NCBI GenBank assembly: GCA_001788955.1
Contig: MFXT01000025.1
Location: 11,332 to 75,331 of the forward strand
Length of the DNA stretch: 64,000 bases
From: Candidatus Peribacteria bacterium RIFCSPHIGHO2_02_FULL_49_16
Lineage (GTDB): Bacteria > Patescibacteriota > Gracilibacteria > Peribacterales > Peribacteraceae
Direction: 5' to 3'
Numbering within the stretch: position 1 is the first letter of the stretch; each line of letters begins with the position of its first letter. Positions 1-8,545 of this stretch are shown in pieces. A program made the position numbers and the translations under genes. The notes under the pieces are model-generated. The model made no database searches. It saw only the letters and a program-made list of their open reading frames with translations, and had not been told where the DNA came from.

Positions 1-1257
1 CCACGCTGCAACCGTGAGTGCGCCGAAAGAAAATGCAACGAATAGTCCATGATGCTTCCATCGCGATCTTTCCGTCCACTCCTGCACACACCACACGGCG
101 ACGGCGACGAGCAGAAAAGAATACGCGTACAGGTAGCGCGTATTCATGTGAAGTGATGTAAAAATGGGAAGATTCTCCAAAGGAGTTACCATCCATCCGT
201 ATCCCTGCGCAAGCTGCAGAAAAAAGACGAGTTGGAAAAGTGCAATGAAAAAGAATGTCAGAGAAAGAACAGGCCGACTACAAACCGCTCTGCGCCGTTT
301 CCAGAGGAGAATTATTCCAAAGAAAAGACTTGCGAGCACAACCGGCGAAAGAAACAAACTATATTCATGCACCGCACCCCAGTTGGGCATACCGACCGAA
401 GCAAAAAGGTCATCCGTCTGCGGCAGCGCAAAAAATGCTTTTACGGTGTACCACAGAGCACTGGACCCTTCCGTAAAACGTTCAAAAGGCATTTCGCGCG
501 GAAAGAAGCGCAGAAAGCTTACAACTGCGACCAATTTACTCGCGCCAGTAAGCAGCGCACCGATGCCACACGCAAGGGCACGCTTTATCAGCAACATGCA
601 TCGCATGCGTAGCTCGCCAACATGAAGAAGAAGTTCAAAGGGCAGAAATGCCACCAAGGCAAATAGGATCATCACAAACACCATGTATCCGCCACTATAG
701 AAAATGTACGCCGTAAGAAGTGCAGAGAATGCAGCGATACTCACACATTCACGCAGTGAAACATTCTCGCGACGCAGGATGAAGAGCAGTAGCCAACCGA
801 TAAGCGGCATGGAATGAAACGGCACATGGCCGGCCACCATGTGCATGATATAAAAGCCATGCGCGATGATGATAAGAGCAAAAACATGCGCCCAGTGCAT
901 TCGCAGTCTTATAATTTCGCGTCCAAATCGATACCAGCCAATATAGCCAATGAACATCGAAGTAAGAATCGTGAGACGCACGGCAGTCCACACATCCAGA
1001 AATCCACTTAAAAGTTGCTGCAGCGAATAAAACATCGCCTGTGGGTTTCCGTACTGCACAAAACCACCGCAGAAATGCGGCGTAAACATGAACGGAAAAA
1101 TCCCCTGACGTCGAAAGTGCCACAGACCATCGAGTAACTTCGGGAAAAAGGTGAAATAGTCATGCCCCAAAAGCGCGGATCCCAGACTGCGAAAAAACGC
1201 CGCAAAAAAGATCGCAAGCAGGAGAAGAAAAAGCACATGTACCCGCCGGGTATTCAT
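1..1257 (-). CDS. polytopic integral membrane protein (partial; 3' end lies beyond the window)
   Basis: Own translation: ATG at 1257-1255 is followed by 419 sense codons with no stop down to nt 1 (MNTRRVHVLFLLLLAIFFAAFFRSLG...). Many hydrophobic segments. Absent from the ORF track, apparently because it runs off the edge. Confidence 0.7.
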   Translation of the reverse strand, partial: MNTRRVHVLFLLLLAIFFAAFFRSLGSALLGHDYFTFFPKLLDGLWHFRRQGIFPFMFTPHFCGGFVQYGNPQAMFYSLQQLLSGFLDVWTAVRLTILTSMFIGYIGWYRFGREIIRLRMHWAHVFALIIIAHGFYIMHMVAGHVPFHSMPLIGWLLLFILRRENVSLRECVSIAAFSALLTAYIFYSGGYMVFVMILFALVAFLPFELLLHVGELRMRCMLLIKRALACGIGALLTGASKLVAVVSFLRFFPREMPFERFTEGSSALWYTVKAFFALPQTDDLFASVGMPNWGAVHEYSLFLSPVVLASLFFGIILLWKRRRAVCSRPVLSLTFFFIALFQLVFFLQLAQGYGWMVTPLENLPIFTSLHMNTRYLYAYSFLLVAVAVWCVQEWTERSRWKHHGLFVAFSFGALTVAAW

Positions 1258-1309
1258 ACGCTAATCCTAGCAAAGGAGTATGTTTCGCTCTATGAGAATG
1301 GAATTCTTA

Positions 1310-1386
1310 TGGCGGGGATGACGGGACTCGAACCCGCGACCTTCCGCGTGACAGGCGGACGCTCTAACCAGCTGAGCTACACCCCC
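1310..1386 (-). tRNA. tRNA-Asp (GTC)
   Basis: 77-nt cloverleaf GGGGGTGTAGCTCAGCTGGTTAGAGCGTCCGCCTGTCACGCGGAAGGTCGCGGGTTCGAGTCCCGTCATCCCCGCCA. Anticodon loop is CTGTCAC. The 7-bp acceptor stem has one G-U pair. CCA is encoded. Confidence 0.95.
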
Positions 1387-1470
1387 AATGGAATGATGAT
1401 GTGAATAGTGCTTTCTGGGTTAGAGCGTACGCAATTCTTTTATGTGCTCGGATTCTCAAGAGAATCCTCG

Positions 1471-1491
1471 ACCCAGCTGAGCTCTGCCCCC
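1471..1491 (-). other. tRNA 5'-half-like fragment (17/21 identical to the first 21 nt of the adjacent tRNA-Asp)
   Basis: Minus strand GGGGGCAGAGCTCAGCTGGGT versus tRNA-Asp GGGGGTGTAGCTCAGCTGGTT. It is followed by the perfect hairpin GGATTCTC-TT-GAGAATCC (1450-1467). No anticodon arm or T arm could be folded. Confidence 0.4.
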
Positions 1492-1543
1492 ACAGAGTAA
1501 GAGAAACAATGATGTGAATGAGGGGGGAGCGTCAAGTGCATTC

Positions 1544-2899
1544 TCATTTCTTCTTCCTCTTCGGCAAACATACGGTAAATGTTGAGCCTTTACCCTCCTT
1601 GCTGATAAAAGTGATTTCTCCTTTCATACTCTCGGCGATGATTTTACTCACATACAGCCCGAGTCCGCTCCCATCCGTCTTCATCGTATTCGCATTGCTT
1701 GAGCGAAACATTTTGTGAAAGATACGTTCCTGATCCAGGCGCGGGATGCCGATCCCGGTATCCTGCACAGAGATCTGTACGGCATGATCATGCTCTTTCA
1801 TAGAGAGCGTCACCTCTCCATTTTCTTTCGTATATTCCACGGCATTTTTGAAGAAATTCTCCAGAATAATGCCAAGCAACACCGGGTCTGCACGAATGAA
1901 TATCGGCTTTTGAGGAAGATTTTTATGGCAGGCAATTTTGCGATCTTTGGCGAACGTCTGCAATTCCATAAACGCCTGCGTAAGAAGTGTTTGCACATCG
2001 ACTTTCTGCATCTTGGGCGTCATCGTTTCATTTTCCAATTTCATGACACGCAGCAGCCCATCAATAATATGAACCATGCGTTCCATAGAAGAAGCGATCT
2101 GATGAATATACTCCACCTGATGCAGAGACAGCCGCTCTTTTTCATTCATCATCAGCTCGATGTACCAACCAATCGTTGACAAAGGCGTACGCAATTGATG
2201 AGAAGCAAGCGAGATAAAATCGGATTTCAGATAATCAATGCGGCGCTCTTCGGTCGCATCGCGAAAGATGGCAATCGCACCGGTACATTCTCCTCTACTC
2301 CAAATCGGACTCACCGTAAGCATGACGGGCTCCACCGTTCCATCCGCAACGCGCATGTTCATATTGCCATTCGATACGGAAGGCTGCACGGCAGACACTC
2401 GAAGACATGTGATAACAGGATGTTGCTGCTTTGAAAGAACAGAATTATGCTGCAGCAAGGGTAAGGCCTGCTCTATAGACATACCGAGCGTTGTTTCCTT
2501 CGTCTTCCCAAGAATGATGCATGCCTGCGAATTCACATCAATAACATGGCCATCTTTGTCGACGACAAAAATTCCGTAATGAATGGATTCAAGGATGGTA
2601 CGGTCTTTTTCGCTCTGCTTCTCGAGTGCACGCGTTTTTTCGTAAATTTGCTCTTCGATACCACTATAGATGCGCCGCAAATGACGCGATATGATGGCTG
2701 CAAGCACAATACATCCTCCTCCGGCGGCCAAAAGCGCCATGGCAATCTGGAAGGCGACATCATCTCCCCCGATGCCGAACTCCTGTTGTAATCGTGCTTG
2801 TGAAACAAGAAAAGCGATAAAAGTCAGCACGGAAAGCAGTGCGCCGGAAAGCAGTGCGGATTCCACGCCCGCCCGCTGCGCAACGGATGTGCGCGGCAC
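1544..2899 (-). CDS. sensor histidine kinase (2 TM, PAS, HisKA, HATPase_c)
   Basis: H-box SHQLRTPLSTI, N-box ENFFKNAVEYT, G-boxes VQDTGIGIP and GSGLGLYVSK. A PAS-like segment (HYGIFVVDKDGHVIDVN) lies after two hydrophobic helices. Confidence 0.9.
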   Translation of the reverse strand: MPRTSVAQRAGVESALLSGALLSVLTFIAFLVSQARLQQEFGIGGDDVAFQIAMALLAAGGGCIVLAAIISRHLRRIYSGIEEQIYEKTRALEKQSEKDRTILESIHYGIFVVDKDGHVIDVNSQACIILGKTKETTLGMSIEQALPLLQHNSVLSKQQHPVITCLRVSAVQPSVSNGNMNMRVADGTVEPVMLTVSPIWSRGECTGAIAIFRDATEERRIDYLKSDFISLASHQLRTPLSTIGWYIELMMNEKERLSLHQVEYIHQIASSMERMVHIIDGLLRVMKLENETMTPKMQKVDVQTLLTQAFMELQTFAKDRKIACHKNLPQKPIFIRADPVLLGIILENFFKNAVEYTKENGEVTLSMKEHDHAVQISVQDTGIGIPRLDQERIFHKMFRSSNANTMKTDGSGLGLYVSKIIAESMKGEITFISKEGKGSTFTVCLPKRKKK

Positions 2900-2941
2900 C
2901 AGTGATCGCCATTTTTGGCGTGTAGATAAAGAAATCTTTTT

Positions 2942-2950
2942 ATTATAGCA
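2942..2950 (-). promoter_or_regulatory. extended -10 promoter element TGCTATAAT for the histidine kinase at 1544-2899
   Basis: Minus strand reads cTGcTATAAT, 42 nt upstream of the ATG at 2899. Confidence 0.5.
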
Positions 2951-2968
2951 GATATGTGGTGATTACGC

Positions 2969-2974
2969 TATAAT
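2969..2974 (+). promoter_or_regulatory. -10 box TATAAT, 3 nt before ATGATG of the second histidine kinase (leaderless arrangement)
   Basis: Sequence is cgcTATAATgagATGATGccc. A start site 7 nt after the hexamer falls on the A of the second ATG (2981). Confidence 0.5.
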
Positions 2975-2977
2975 GAG

Positions 2978-4426
2978 ATGATGCCCAAAAAGACACTGCA
3001 CACACTCATTACTTCCTATCGTGTGTTCGCAATAACGCTCGGCGCGGCGCTTCTTGCGGGAGGAATCGCATGGGTGCTCTTTCGCTATACGGAACATCTG
3101 CTCACCGAGCGTCTTCAGGAGCGATTGGTTGCCATTGCCTCGACCGCAGCAACGCAATTTGATTCGGAAGATCTCAACGAGATTCATACGCTTGAAGATA
3201 TGAGAAGCGACACGTTTGAAAAGATTATTTCGCAACTTCAGAAGATTCGTGAAGCCAATCAGAGCATCCAATACGCCTACATCATGCGCCAGACGAGCGA
3301 TCCCGATTTTGTGGAATTCATCGCAGATGCCGATTCTCTCACGTCCGAAGAAGAACTGGATACCAATGGCGACGGCATCATTCAAGATGAAGAACTTGTT
3401 CCTCTCCCCGGGGAACTCTATTCCGTTTCCGATTATCCTGTTCTGCGTGACGAAGCGTTTTACCATCCGTCCGTTGATCGTGAACTTCAAGCTGATCAAT
3501 GGGGACTCATCATGGCCGCCTACGCGCCGATCCGCAATGAAGAAGGACATGCTGTCGCGATCATCGGGATCGATGTTCTCGTCGATGACTTTCAGAAAAA
3601 GACACAGGAGACTCTTCTGCCATTCCTCTTGTTTATTCTCTTTCTCACACTCCTTCTGGCATTCATGACAGACTTGTTGATTCGTTTCTATTCAGAACGC
3701 GTGCATGTCGTACAGGAAATCGATCGTCAGAAAGACGAACTGTTGAGCCTGGTCAGTCACCAACTCGCCACACCGATATCTTCCATGAAGTGGTACCTTG
3801 AAAATCTCCAGTCCGGCGATCTGGGAACGCTCTCGAAGGAACAAAAAGAGCACATACAAACGATGTGCTCTGTTGCAGGCGGTATGACCGATATCGTGCA
3901 GATGATTCTCGATGTTTCGCGCATTCAACTGAAACGCATGCAGATCAATCGCGAAGATCTTGATGTTGCAAAACTCCTGCATGAAATCCTACATATCGTG
4001 GACCCCAAAGCAAAGACAAAGAATATTGATCTGCATATCGATATGCCTGAAAAGCTCCCCACCGCATTTCTGGATCATCGTCTCACACACATGGTGTACA
4101 TGAATATTTTGAATAATGCCATTAAATACACGCCGGAGAACGGTTCCGTGCATGTCCGCGTTTCTCTGCAAAACGGACGGCTCGTCTTTTCCGTCACCGA
4201 CACCGGATGCGGTATTCCGAAAAAGGAACAGGACCGACTCTTCGAAAAACTCTTCCGCGCAAGCAATGTTCAGGGTACCGAAGGAAACGGATTCGGACTC
4301 TTCATTGCCAAAAGCGCCATCGAAGCACAGGGAGGAACGATTGAATTTGAAAGCATTCAGGAAAAAGGAACGACATTTCTGGTCACATTGCCGTTATCCA
4401 CACCCCCGCAATCATCAACGCGATGA
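2978..4426 (+). CDS. sensor histidine kinase with a large extracytoplasmic sensor domain carrying an EF-hand-like loop
   Basis: TM1 is AITLGAALLAGGIAWVLF and TM2 is LLPFLLFILFLTLLLAF. H-box VSHQLATPISSM, N-box NILNNAIKYT, G-boxes VTDTGCGIP and GNGFGLFIAKS. The DTNGDGIIQDEE loop is at nt 3359-3394. Confidence 0.9.
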   Translation: MMPKKTLHTLITSYRVFAITLGAALLAGGIAWVLFRYTEHLLTERLQERLVAIASTAATQFDSEDLNEIHTLEDMRSDTFEKIISQLQKIREANQSIQYAYIMRQTSDPDFVEFIADADSLTSEEELDTNGDGIIQDEELVPLPGELYSVSDYPVLRDEAFYHPSVDRELQADQWGLIMAAYAPIRNEEGHAVAIIGIDVLVDDFQKKTQETLLPFLLFILFLTLLLAFMTDLLIRFYSERVHVVQEIDRQKDELLSLVSHQLATPISSMKWYLENLQSGDLGTLSKEQKEHIQTMCSVAGGMTDIVQMILDVSRIQLKRMQINREDLDVAKLLHEILHIVDPKAKTKNIDLHIDMPEKLPTAFLDHRLTHMVYMNILNNAIKYTPENGSVHVRVSLQNGRLVFSVTDTGCGIPKKEQDRLFEKLFRASNVQGTEGNGFGLFIAKSAIEAQGGTIEFESIQEKGTTFLVTLPLSTPPQSSTR

Positions 4427-5276
4427 TGCTGAATTTTATGGGCAGCCGCCTGTGCGCACGCAGATCTCCCAGTGTCGGTTTCCACAAAAAAAACGCAGAA
4501 CTTACAACAAATGTATATGCAGGCATCGTCGATTCGACCGCGGCAACCAGCGATGCTTTTCCGAGCGCCACCGCTCCTTGTGAGGATGCCAACGCTGCGA
4601 GATTGATGAATTCAATACCAAGGAATATCCATACATACGACAGAATATTCTTTGTATTTTTCTGTACTGTCCGGCGAACTGTATGAAAAAGAAGAGGAGT
4701 GAGCCCCGTAAAGATCAAACCCAATGTGATGAAGATGAAACCCACAAGATAACTGACTTCCGTAAAGACCACATCCTGAAGAATAAACATCATCGCCTGC
4801 ATAAGCGAAGCCATTCCCATCAGAAAAAAGGCTCGCCACCGTGTTTGCAGTGTCACATCGATCAGGCAAAATATCACGGATGCAAGAATTAAGAGGACGA
4901 TCCCCACGTATTGCCGCAACCCCAAAATTTCTTCGAGTAGAAAAAAACTTAGGAAAGGCACCATCGCCGGCACCATATTCCAGTAAGCGGCAATGATTCC
5001 CGCTTCGCTGTACTTCAGAGAGTGAAAATAGAAGAACTGACTTAATTGAATAAGACACCCGGCAAGCAACGACAGTGCGATGAGAGGAAGCGTAAGATTC
5101 TCCCAATCCAGCAGTGGCGCAAAGAAGAGAACAGGAATGATGAGAATGAACGATGCAACACTGCCTGTAATCACTCCCATCCACGGATGATCGAAGAGGT
5201 CATCGACACAATAATGATCGAGCGTGATGACAATGCCAAAAAAAAGTGGTGTGAGGAGAGCAAAGAAAAGCCACAT
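4383..5276 (-). CDS. DMT/EamA-like 10-TM transporter
   Basis: 297 aa, almost entirely hydrophobic helices arranged as two 5-TM halves. Its end converges on and overlaps the kinase 3' end by 44 nt. Confidence 0.6.
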   Translation of the reverse strand: MWLFFALLTPLFFGIVITLDHYCVDDLFDHPWMGVITGSVASFILIIPVLFFAPLLDWENLTLPLIALSLLAGCLIQLSQFFYFHSLKYSEAGIIAAYWNMVPAMVPFLSFFLLEEILGLRQYVGIVLLILASVIFCLIDVTLQTRWRAFFLMGMASLMQAMMFILQDVVFTEVSYLVGFIFITLGLIFTGLTPLLFHTVRRTVQKNTKNILSYVWIFLGIEFINLAALASSQGAVALGKASLVAAVESTMPAYTFVVSSAFFLWKPTLGDLRAHRRLPIKFSIIALMIAGVWITAM

Positions 5277-5286
5277 GCGCTCACGA

Positions 5287-6453
5287 TTATACTATACGAA
5301 GTTCTTTTCTGGCTTTTTCCGCCTCTTTCCTGCCCGATGAATCCCGCACGGGGGCATGAAGAACAATGCGCTCAAAAGACGCAGTGAGCCGTTTACCCAT
5401 GCGTGTTTTCCAGCTTCCCATGTGGTACACATAACTTGCCATGAGCGGCAGCGCAATCGTCGCCTCCGAAAAGACCATTTGCTCTGCACCCTCTTCGATT
5501 TTTCCCCACGAATGTGCCTCTTTAAGCGTGGAACCGGAGAGTGCACCGTCTCGTTCATCAGCAACGGTGATCTGCACGGCATACTTGTGCATGTTTGCCG
5601 TTTTACCGAGGATATCCGCACACACCACCGTGTCCGCCGTGAAATTTTTGGGAACGCCGCCGCCAAGCACGACCATACCCGTACTCGCGGCATCGCAGAC
5701 GAGCATCGTCAATTCACGAAAATCCCGCACGGAATCATGCGTCACATGCGCATCGGGATGCGACTGCTGATGAAATGCGAGACCGAATCCCGCGGAACAG
5801 TCCGAGAGCGATGGCACGAATATCGGCACATCTTTTTCATAGCAGAGGCGAAGAAGCGAATCCTGCCCCTTGTTTTCCTCAAGAAGGTACGCGCCCAATG
5901 CCGTCATCAGTTCCCGTGATGAGTGCGGTCGCGGCATGCATCGGTCCGCAACTTCTGCGACAACGGCATCGCACACGCGCAATTCATGCTCCGAAATGTA
6001 GGTATCGTAGATACGATCAATGTTGTGTTTTTTCAAGACATCGTCATCCGCCTTCGGATCACCGATGTAATGATGGAACCCCAGCGCCTCGAAAAAATCC
6101 ATATCCACCATATTGGCCCCCGTAGAAACGATGCAGTCAACCATATTCGTTTCAATCAGAGTCGCAATCGCCTTTTTTAATCCCGCACTGATCATGGAAC
6201 CCGCGAGACAGAGGATCACCGCACATTCTTTTTCGGATACCATGCAGTCAAGAATCTCTGATGCTCTCGCAAGATTACGGGCCTGAAACGACATCTTTTT
6301 CATCGCATCGAGAAGAGGAACGGCATTGAAACTCGTCACATCGATGTGCTCCACTTTTTCTGTAAGAAAATCCGCTTGAGTACTCATAGAGGGAATGGGA
6401 AGCCGGTTCATAAACATGCCCCGCGCGTGCGGGGCATGTTGTTCATATCGCAT
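5287..6453 (-). CDS. deoxyhypusine synthase family protein (DHS / homospermidine-synthase-like)
   Basis: Motifs CLAGSMISAGLKK, VSTGANMVDMDFFEALG and LGGGVPKNF are typical of the DHS family. The real start is probably Met15 (6411) or Met23 (6387), because a strong hairpin occupies 6415-6438. Confidence 0.85.
   Translation of the reverse strand: MRYEQHAPHARGMFMNRLPIPSMSTQADFLTEKVEHIDVTSFNAVPLLDAMKKMSFQARNLARASEILDCMVSEKECAVILCLAGSMISAGLKKAIATLIETNMVDCIVSTGANMVDMDFFEALGFHHYIGDPKADDDVLKKHNIDRIYDTYISEHELRVCDAVVAEVADRCMPRPHSSRELMTALGAYLLEENKGQDSLLRLCYEKDVPIFVPSLSDCSAGFGLAFHQQSHPDAHVTHDSVRDFRELTMLVCDAASTGMVVLGGGVPKNFTADTVVCADILGKTANMHKYAVQITVADERDGALSGSTLKEAHSWGKIEEGAEQMVFSEATIALPLMASYVYHMGSWKTRMGKRLTASFERIVLHAPVRDSSGRKEAEKARKELRIV
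6415..6438 (-). terminator. GC-rich hairpin (10-bp stem, 4-nt loop) just after the major pilin gene; partial terminator or stabiliser
   Basis: Minus strand CATGCCCCGC-ACGC-GCGGGGCATG followed by TTTAT. It lies 23 nt after the pilin stop codon. Confidence 0.5.
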
Positions 6454-6460
6454 ACTATAC

Positions 6461-6901
6461 TTAACGTGTCACCGTGATCGGGATCGTCTCCTCTGCCGCC
6501 ATCGCATCCACCGTCACACGCCCATTGGCATCCTGCACAATGGTGTAATCCGTTTCGGGCGAAGTCGGACCTTTCGGATCGGCAGGAATCTTCACAAGAT
6601 AATCCCCCTCGATCACAGAGAGGTCGGCATACCCCGTGCAACTGGCTGCACCCGATGCGCAGATTTCCAGCACAGAGGTCGTGATCCCTGCGGGAAGATC
6701 TCCATTGTTATCAATGGAATACTGATACACCGCATTCAGGATAGAATTTACATCGCTGCGACGCTGCGCATCACGCGCATCGGCCAATTGTTTCGTCGGG
6801 TTAATCGCGACAATCACAATCGATGCCAGAATCGCGATAATTCCGATGACGAGCAGAACTTCGATAAGCGTAAAACCTTTTCGAAACAGTAGTATTTTCA
6901 T
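6461..6901 (-). CDS. type IV (major) pilin with a prepilin-type N-terminal cleavage/methylation motif
   Basis: MKILLFRKG|FTLIEVLLVIGIIAILASIVIV has Glu at +5. A C-terminal Cys pair is present (EICASGAASC). A 116-nt AT-rich gap separates it from the upstream gene. Confidence 0.9.
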   Translation of the reverse strand: MKILLFRKGFTLIEVLLVIGIIAILASIVIVAINPTKQLADARDAQRRSDVNSILNAVYQYSIDNNGDLPAGITTSVLEICASGAASCTGYADLSVIEGDYLVKIPADPKGPTSPETDYTIVQDANGRVTVDAMAAEETIPITVTR

Positions 6902-7017
6902 AAATCAGGAAGAGAAAAAGTAACAGAAAGAATTTTCCACATTGTACAGAAAAAGTATTGTCGACGAATCAAGTTGATATTGACTCATTTCTTTTTTTAT
7001 TTTAAAAGCGAACTTCT

Positions 7018-7644
7018 CTAGCATTCCATATTTTCCTGCCGCAATTGCGTACATACCGAATTGCATGTATGCCACACAAGATCGCCTGCCGAGCAGGTCG
7101 GGACGCTGCATCCGCACGGATTTCCTTCGCGCAGATCTTTTGAAAGAGGCATAATAAGAACTTCAAACACGCGTTCATAGGTACGCGGCTGTTGCAGACG
7201 GATGGTACGCGACACCGTAAATGTGATATACACACTCTGGTTTGCCGAAGACTCCGACGTATTGCGCACGGAAAAATTCTCCACTGCCACAAATTCAGAT
7301 GTGACCTTTCGCTTTGTATTTCCTTCAATCAGGGTCAAGGATCCCGTCTGAATCGCAAAGATCGTCGGATGCAACGATCCGGACGCAAGCTGAATTGCCA
7401 GCACCGATCCTGTTTGTCCGGATGCAGGAAGGAGAATGCTTTCGGCATTATGAATGCGCCGCTGCATCGATTGAATCATTTGCATTCCTCCATCTTCCAC
7501 AAGGACCACCGTCTGCTGCCGCATGCGTGATTCAGTTGCCACCACTAAGAGCGGCATCATGACGGCGAGCACCAAACCAAAAATACCCAAAAGAAGAAGA
7601 ACCTCTATGAGAGTGAAACCGGCGGAGGGGCTGCGGCGCATCAT
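7018..7644 (-). CDS. prepilin-type minor pilin
   Basis: MMRRSPSAG|FTLIEVLLLLGIFGLVLAV. The ATG at 7644 overlaps the upstream stop as ATGA. The ORF track extends to 7683. Confidence 0.8.
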   Translation of the reverse strand: MMRRSPSAGFTLIEVLLLLGIFGLVLAVMMPLLVVATESRMRQQTVVLVEDGGMQMIQSMQRRIHNAESILLPASGQTGSVLAIQLASGSLHPTIFAIQTGSLTLIEGNTKRKVTSEFVAVENFSVRNTSESSANQSVYITFTVSRTIRLQQPRTYERVFEVLIMPLSKDLREGNPCGCSVPTCSAGDLVWHTCNSVCTQLRQENMEC

Positions 7645-8066
7645 GTTTCGTTGCAAAGAGTAAATGTATACGTCTCCCTCCACTCATCGATGAGAATATC
7701 GGGGTACACCACTTCCATCTGCATCTCGACACGGCGAACGGCGTCTTCATATTCTCCTCTCGCACAGATAATCCTCTCGTCATCGGATACGCCCACGGGA
7801 AGCAACGTGCAACTGCCTTCGGTCAGCTGGTGCGTTTCATCGCCGGTGTAATCAGGATTCGTTTGCACATTGCGAAGCGCGCGCTCGATGCATGTCTGTG
7901 CATTGAGGTACGCCTGCTTCGAATGCACGTTGGTTGTGCTATTCTGCCCCACGCTCACTCCAAGAAGCACAAGCGTCGTCGCGGTCGTCATGGCAACCGC
8001 GCCTGCAAAGAGAACGTTTAAGAGAAACATGTAGCCGCCTCTGGAACGGGAAAATATGAGCATCAT
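7641..8066 (-). CDS. pilus assembly protein, PilX-like N-terminus
   Basis: MMLIFSRSRGGYMFLLNVLFAGAVAMTTATTLVLLG. The ATG at 8066 overlaps the upstream stop as ATGA. The ORF track extends to 8090. Confidence 0.6.
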   Translation of the reverse strand: MMLIFSRSRGGYMFLLNVLFAGAVAMTTATTLVLLGVSVGQNSTTNVHSKQAYLNAQTCIERALRNVQTNPDYTGDETHQLTEGSCTLLPVGVSDDERIICARGEYEDAVRRVEMQMEVVYPDILIDEWRETYTFTLCNET

Positions 8067-8545
8067 GGCGGAGGGGGTGAAGGATCCCATGCCTCACCCA
8101 CCGGCGCACGCCAATCGGTGATTTCCGCATGGAGTGTCACTATTCCTTCTCCGACTGTTCCATGATCCCATCTCACATCCGCCTGAAGGGAAGCCCAATC
8201 ACTCGCCAACCTCGTAATGGCGAGCCGTACCGTATATCCGTCATCTGTCTGAAATTCGCTGCCCGAGAGAACCCATGTCCCCTCCGGTCCGATGTCCACT
8301 CCATGCGTCCCCTGCGTAAGCTGTAAAAACTCTTCTTCCCGCAGACTGCGGGCCGTGTCCAACGCACGCTCTGCAAGAAAAGCGGCACGAAAACGATCGC
8401 CGCTGTGAATAGACGCACTTTCTCCCAGAAACATGATCAAAAACGCCGCCGTGATCAGCGTTGCAAAAAGAGCGACTCCTAAAAGAATTTCCACGAGAAT
8501 GAATCCTTCTTTATGCTCCATACCGTACATCATACGCGCCATCAA
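8063..8545 (-). CDS. prepilin-type minor pilin
   Basis: Contains ...HKEG|FILVEILLGVALFATLITAAF. The start at 8545 overlaps the upstream stop at 8542 as ATGA. Confidence 0.75.
   Translation of the reverse strand: MMARMMYGMEHKEGFILVEILLGVALFATLITAAFLIMFLGESASIHSGDRFRAAFLAERALDTARSLREEEFLQLTQGTHGVDIGPEGTWVLSGSEFQTDDGYTVRLAITRLASDWASLQADVRWDHGTVGEGIVTLHAEITDWRAPVGEAWDPSPPPP

Noticed and set aside
1450-1467. Perfect hairpin GGATTCTC-NN-GAGAATCC as the intrinsic terminator of the histidine kinase gene.
   Set aside because: No U-tract follows it on the minus strand (GAGCACAUAAAAG). It is more likely part of the tRNA-like fragment structure, so it is reported there instead.
4394-4402. Perfect DnaA box TTATCCACA, which could hint at a replication origin.
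   Set aside because: It is a single copy inside two overlapping coding regions. There is no cluster, no AT-rich unwinding element, and no dnaA or dnaN nearby.
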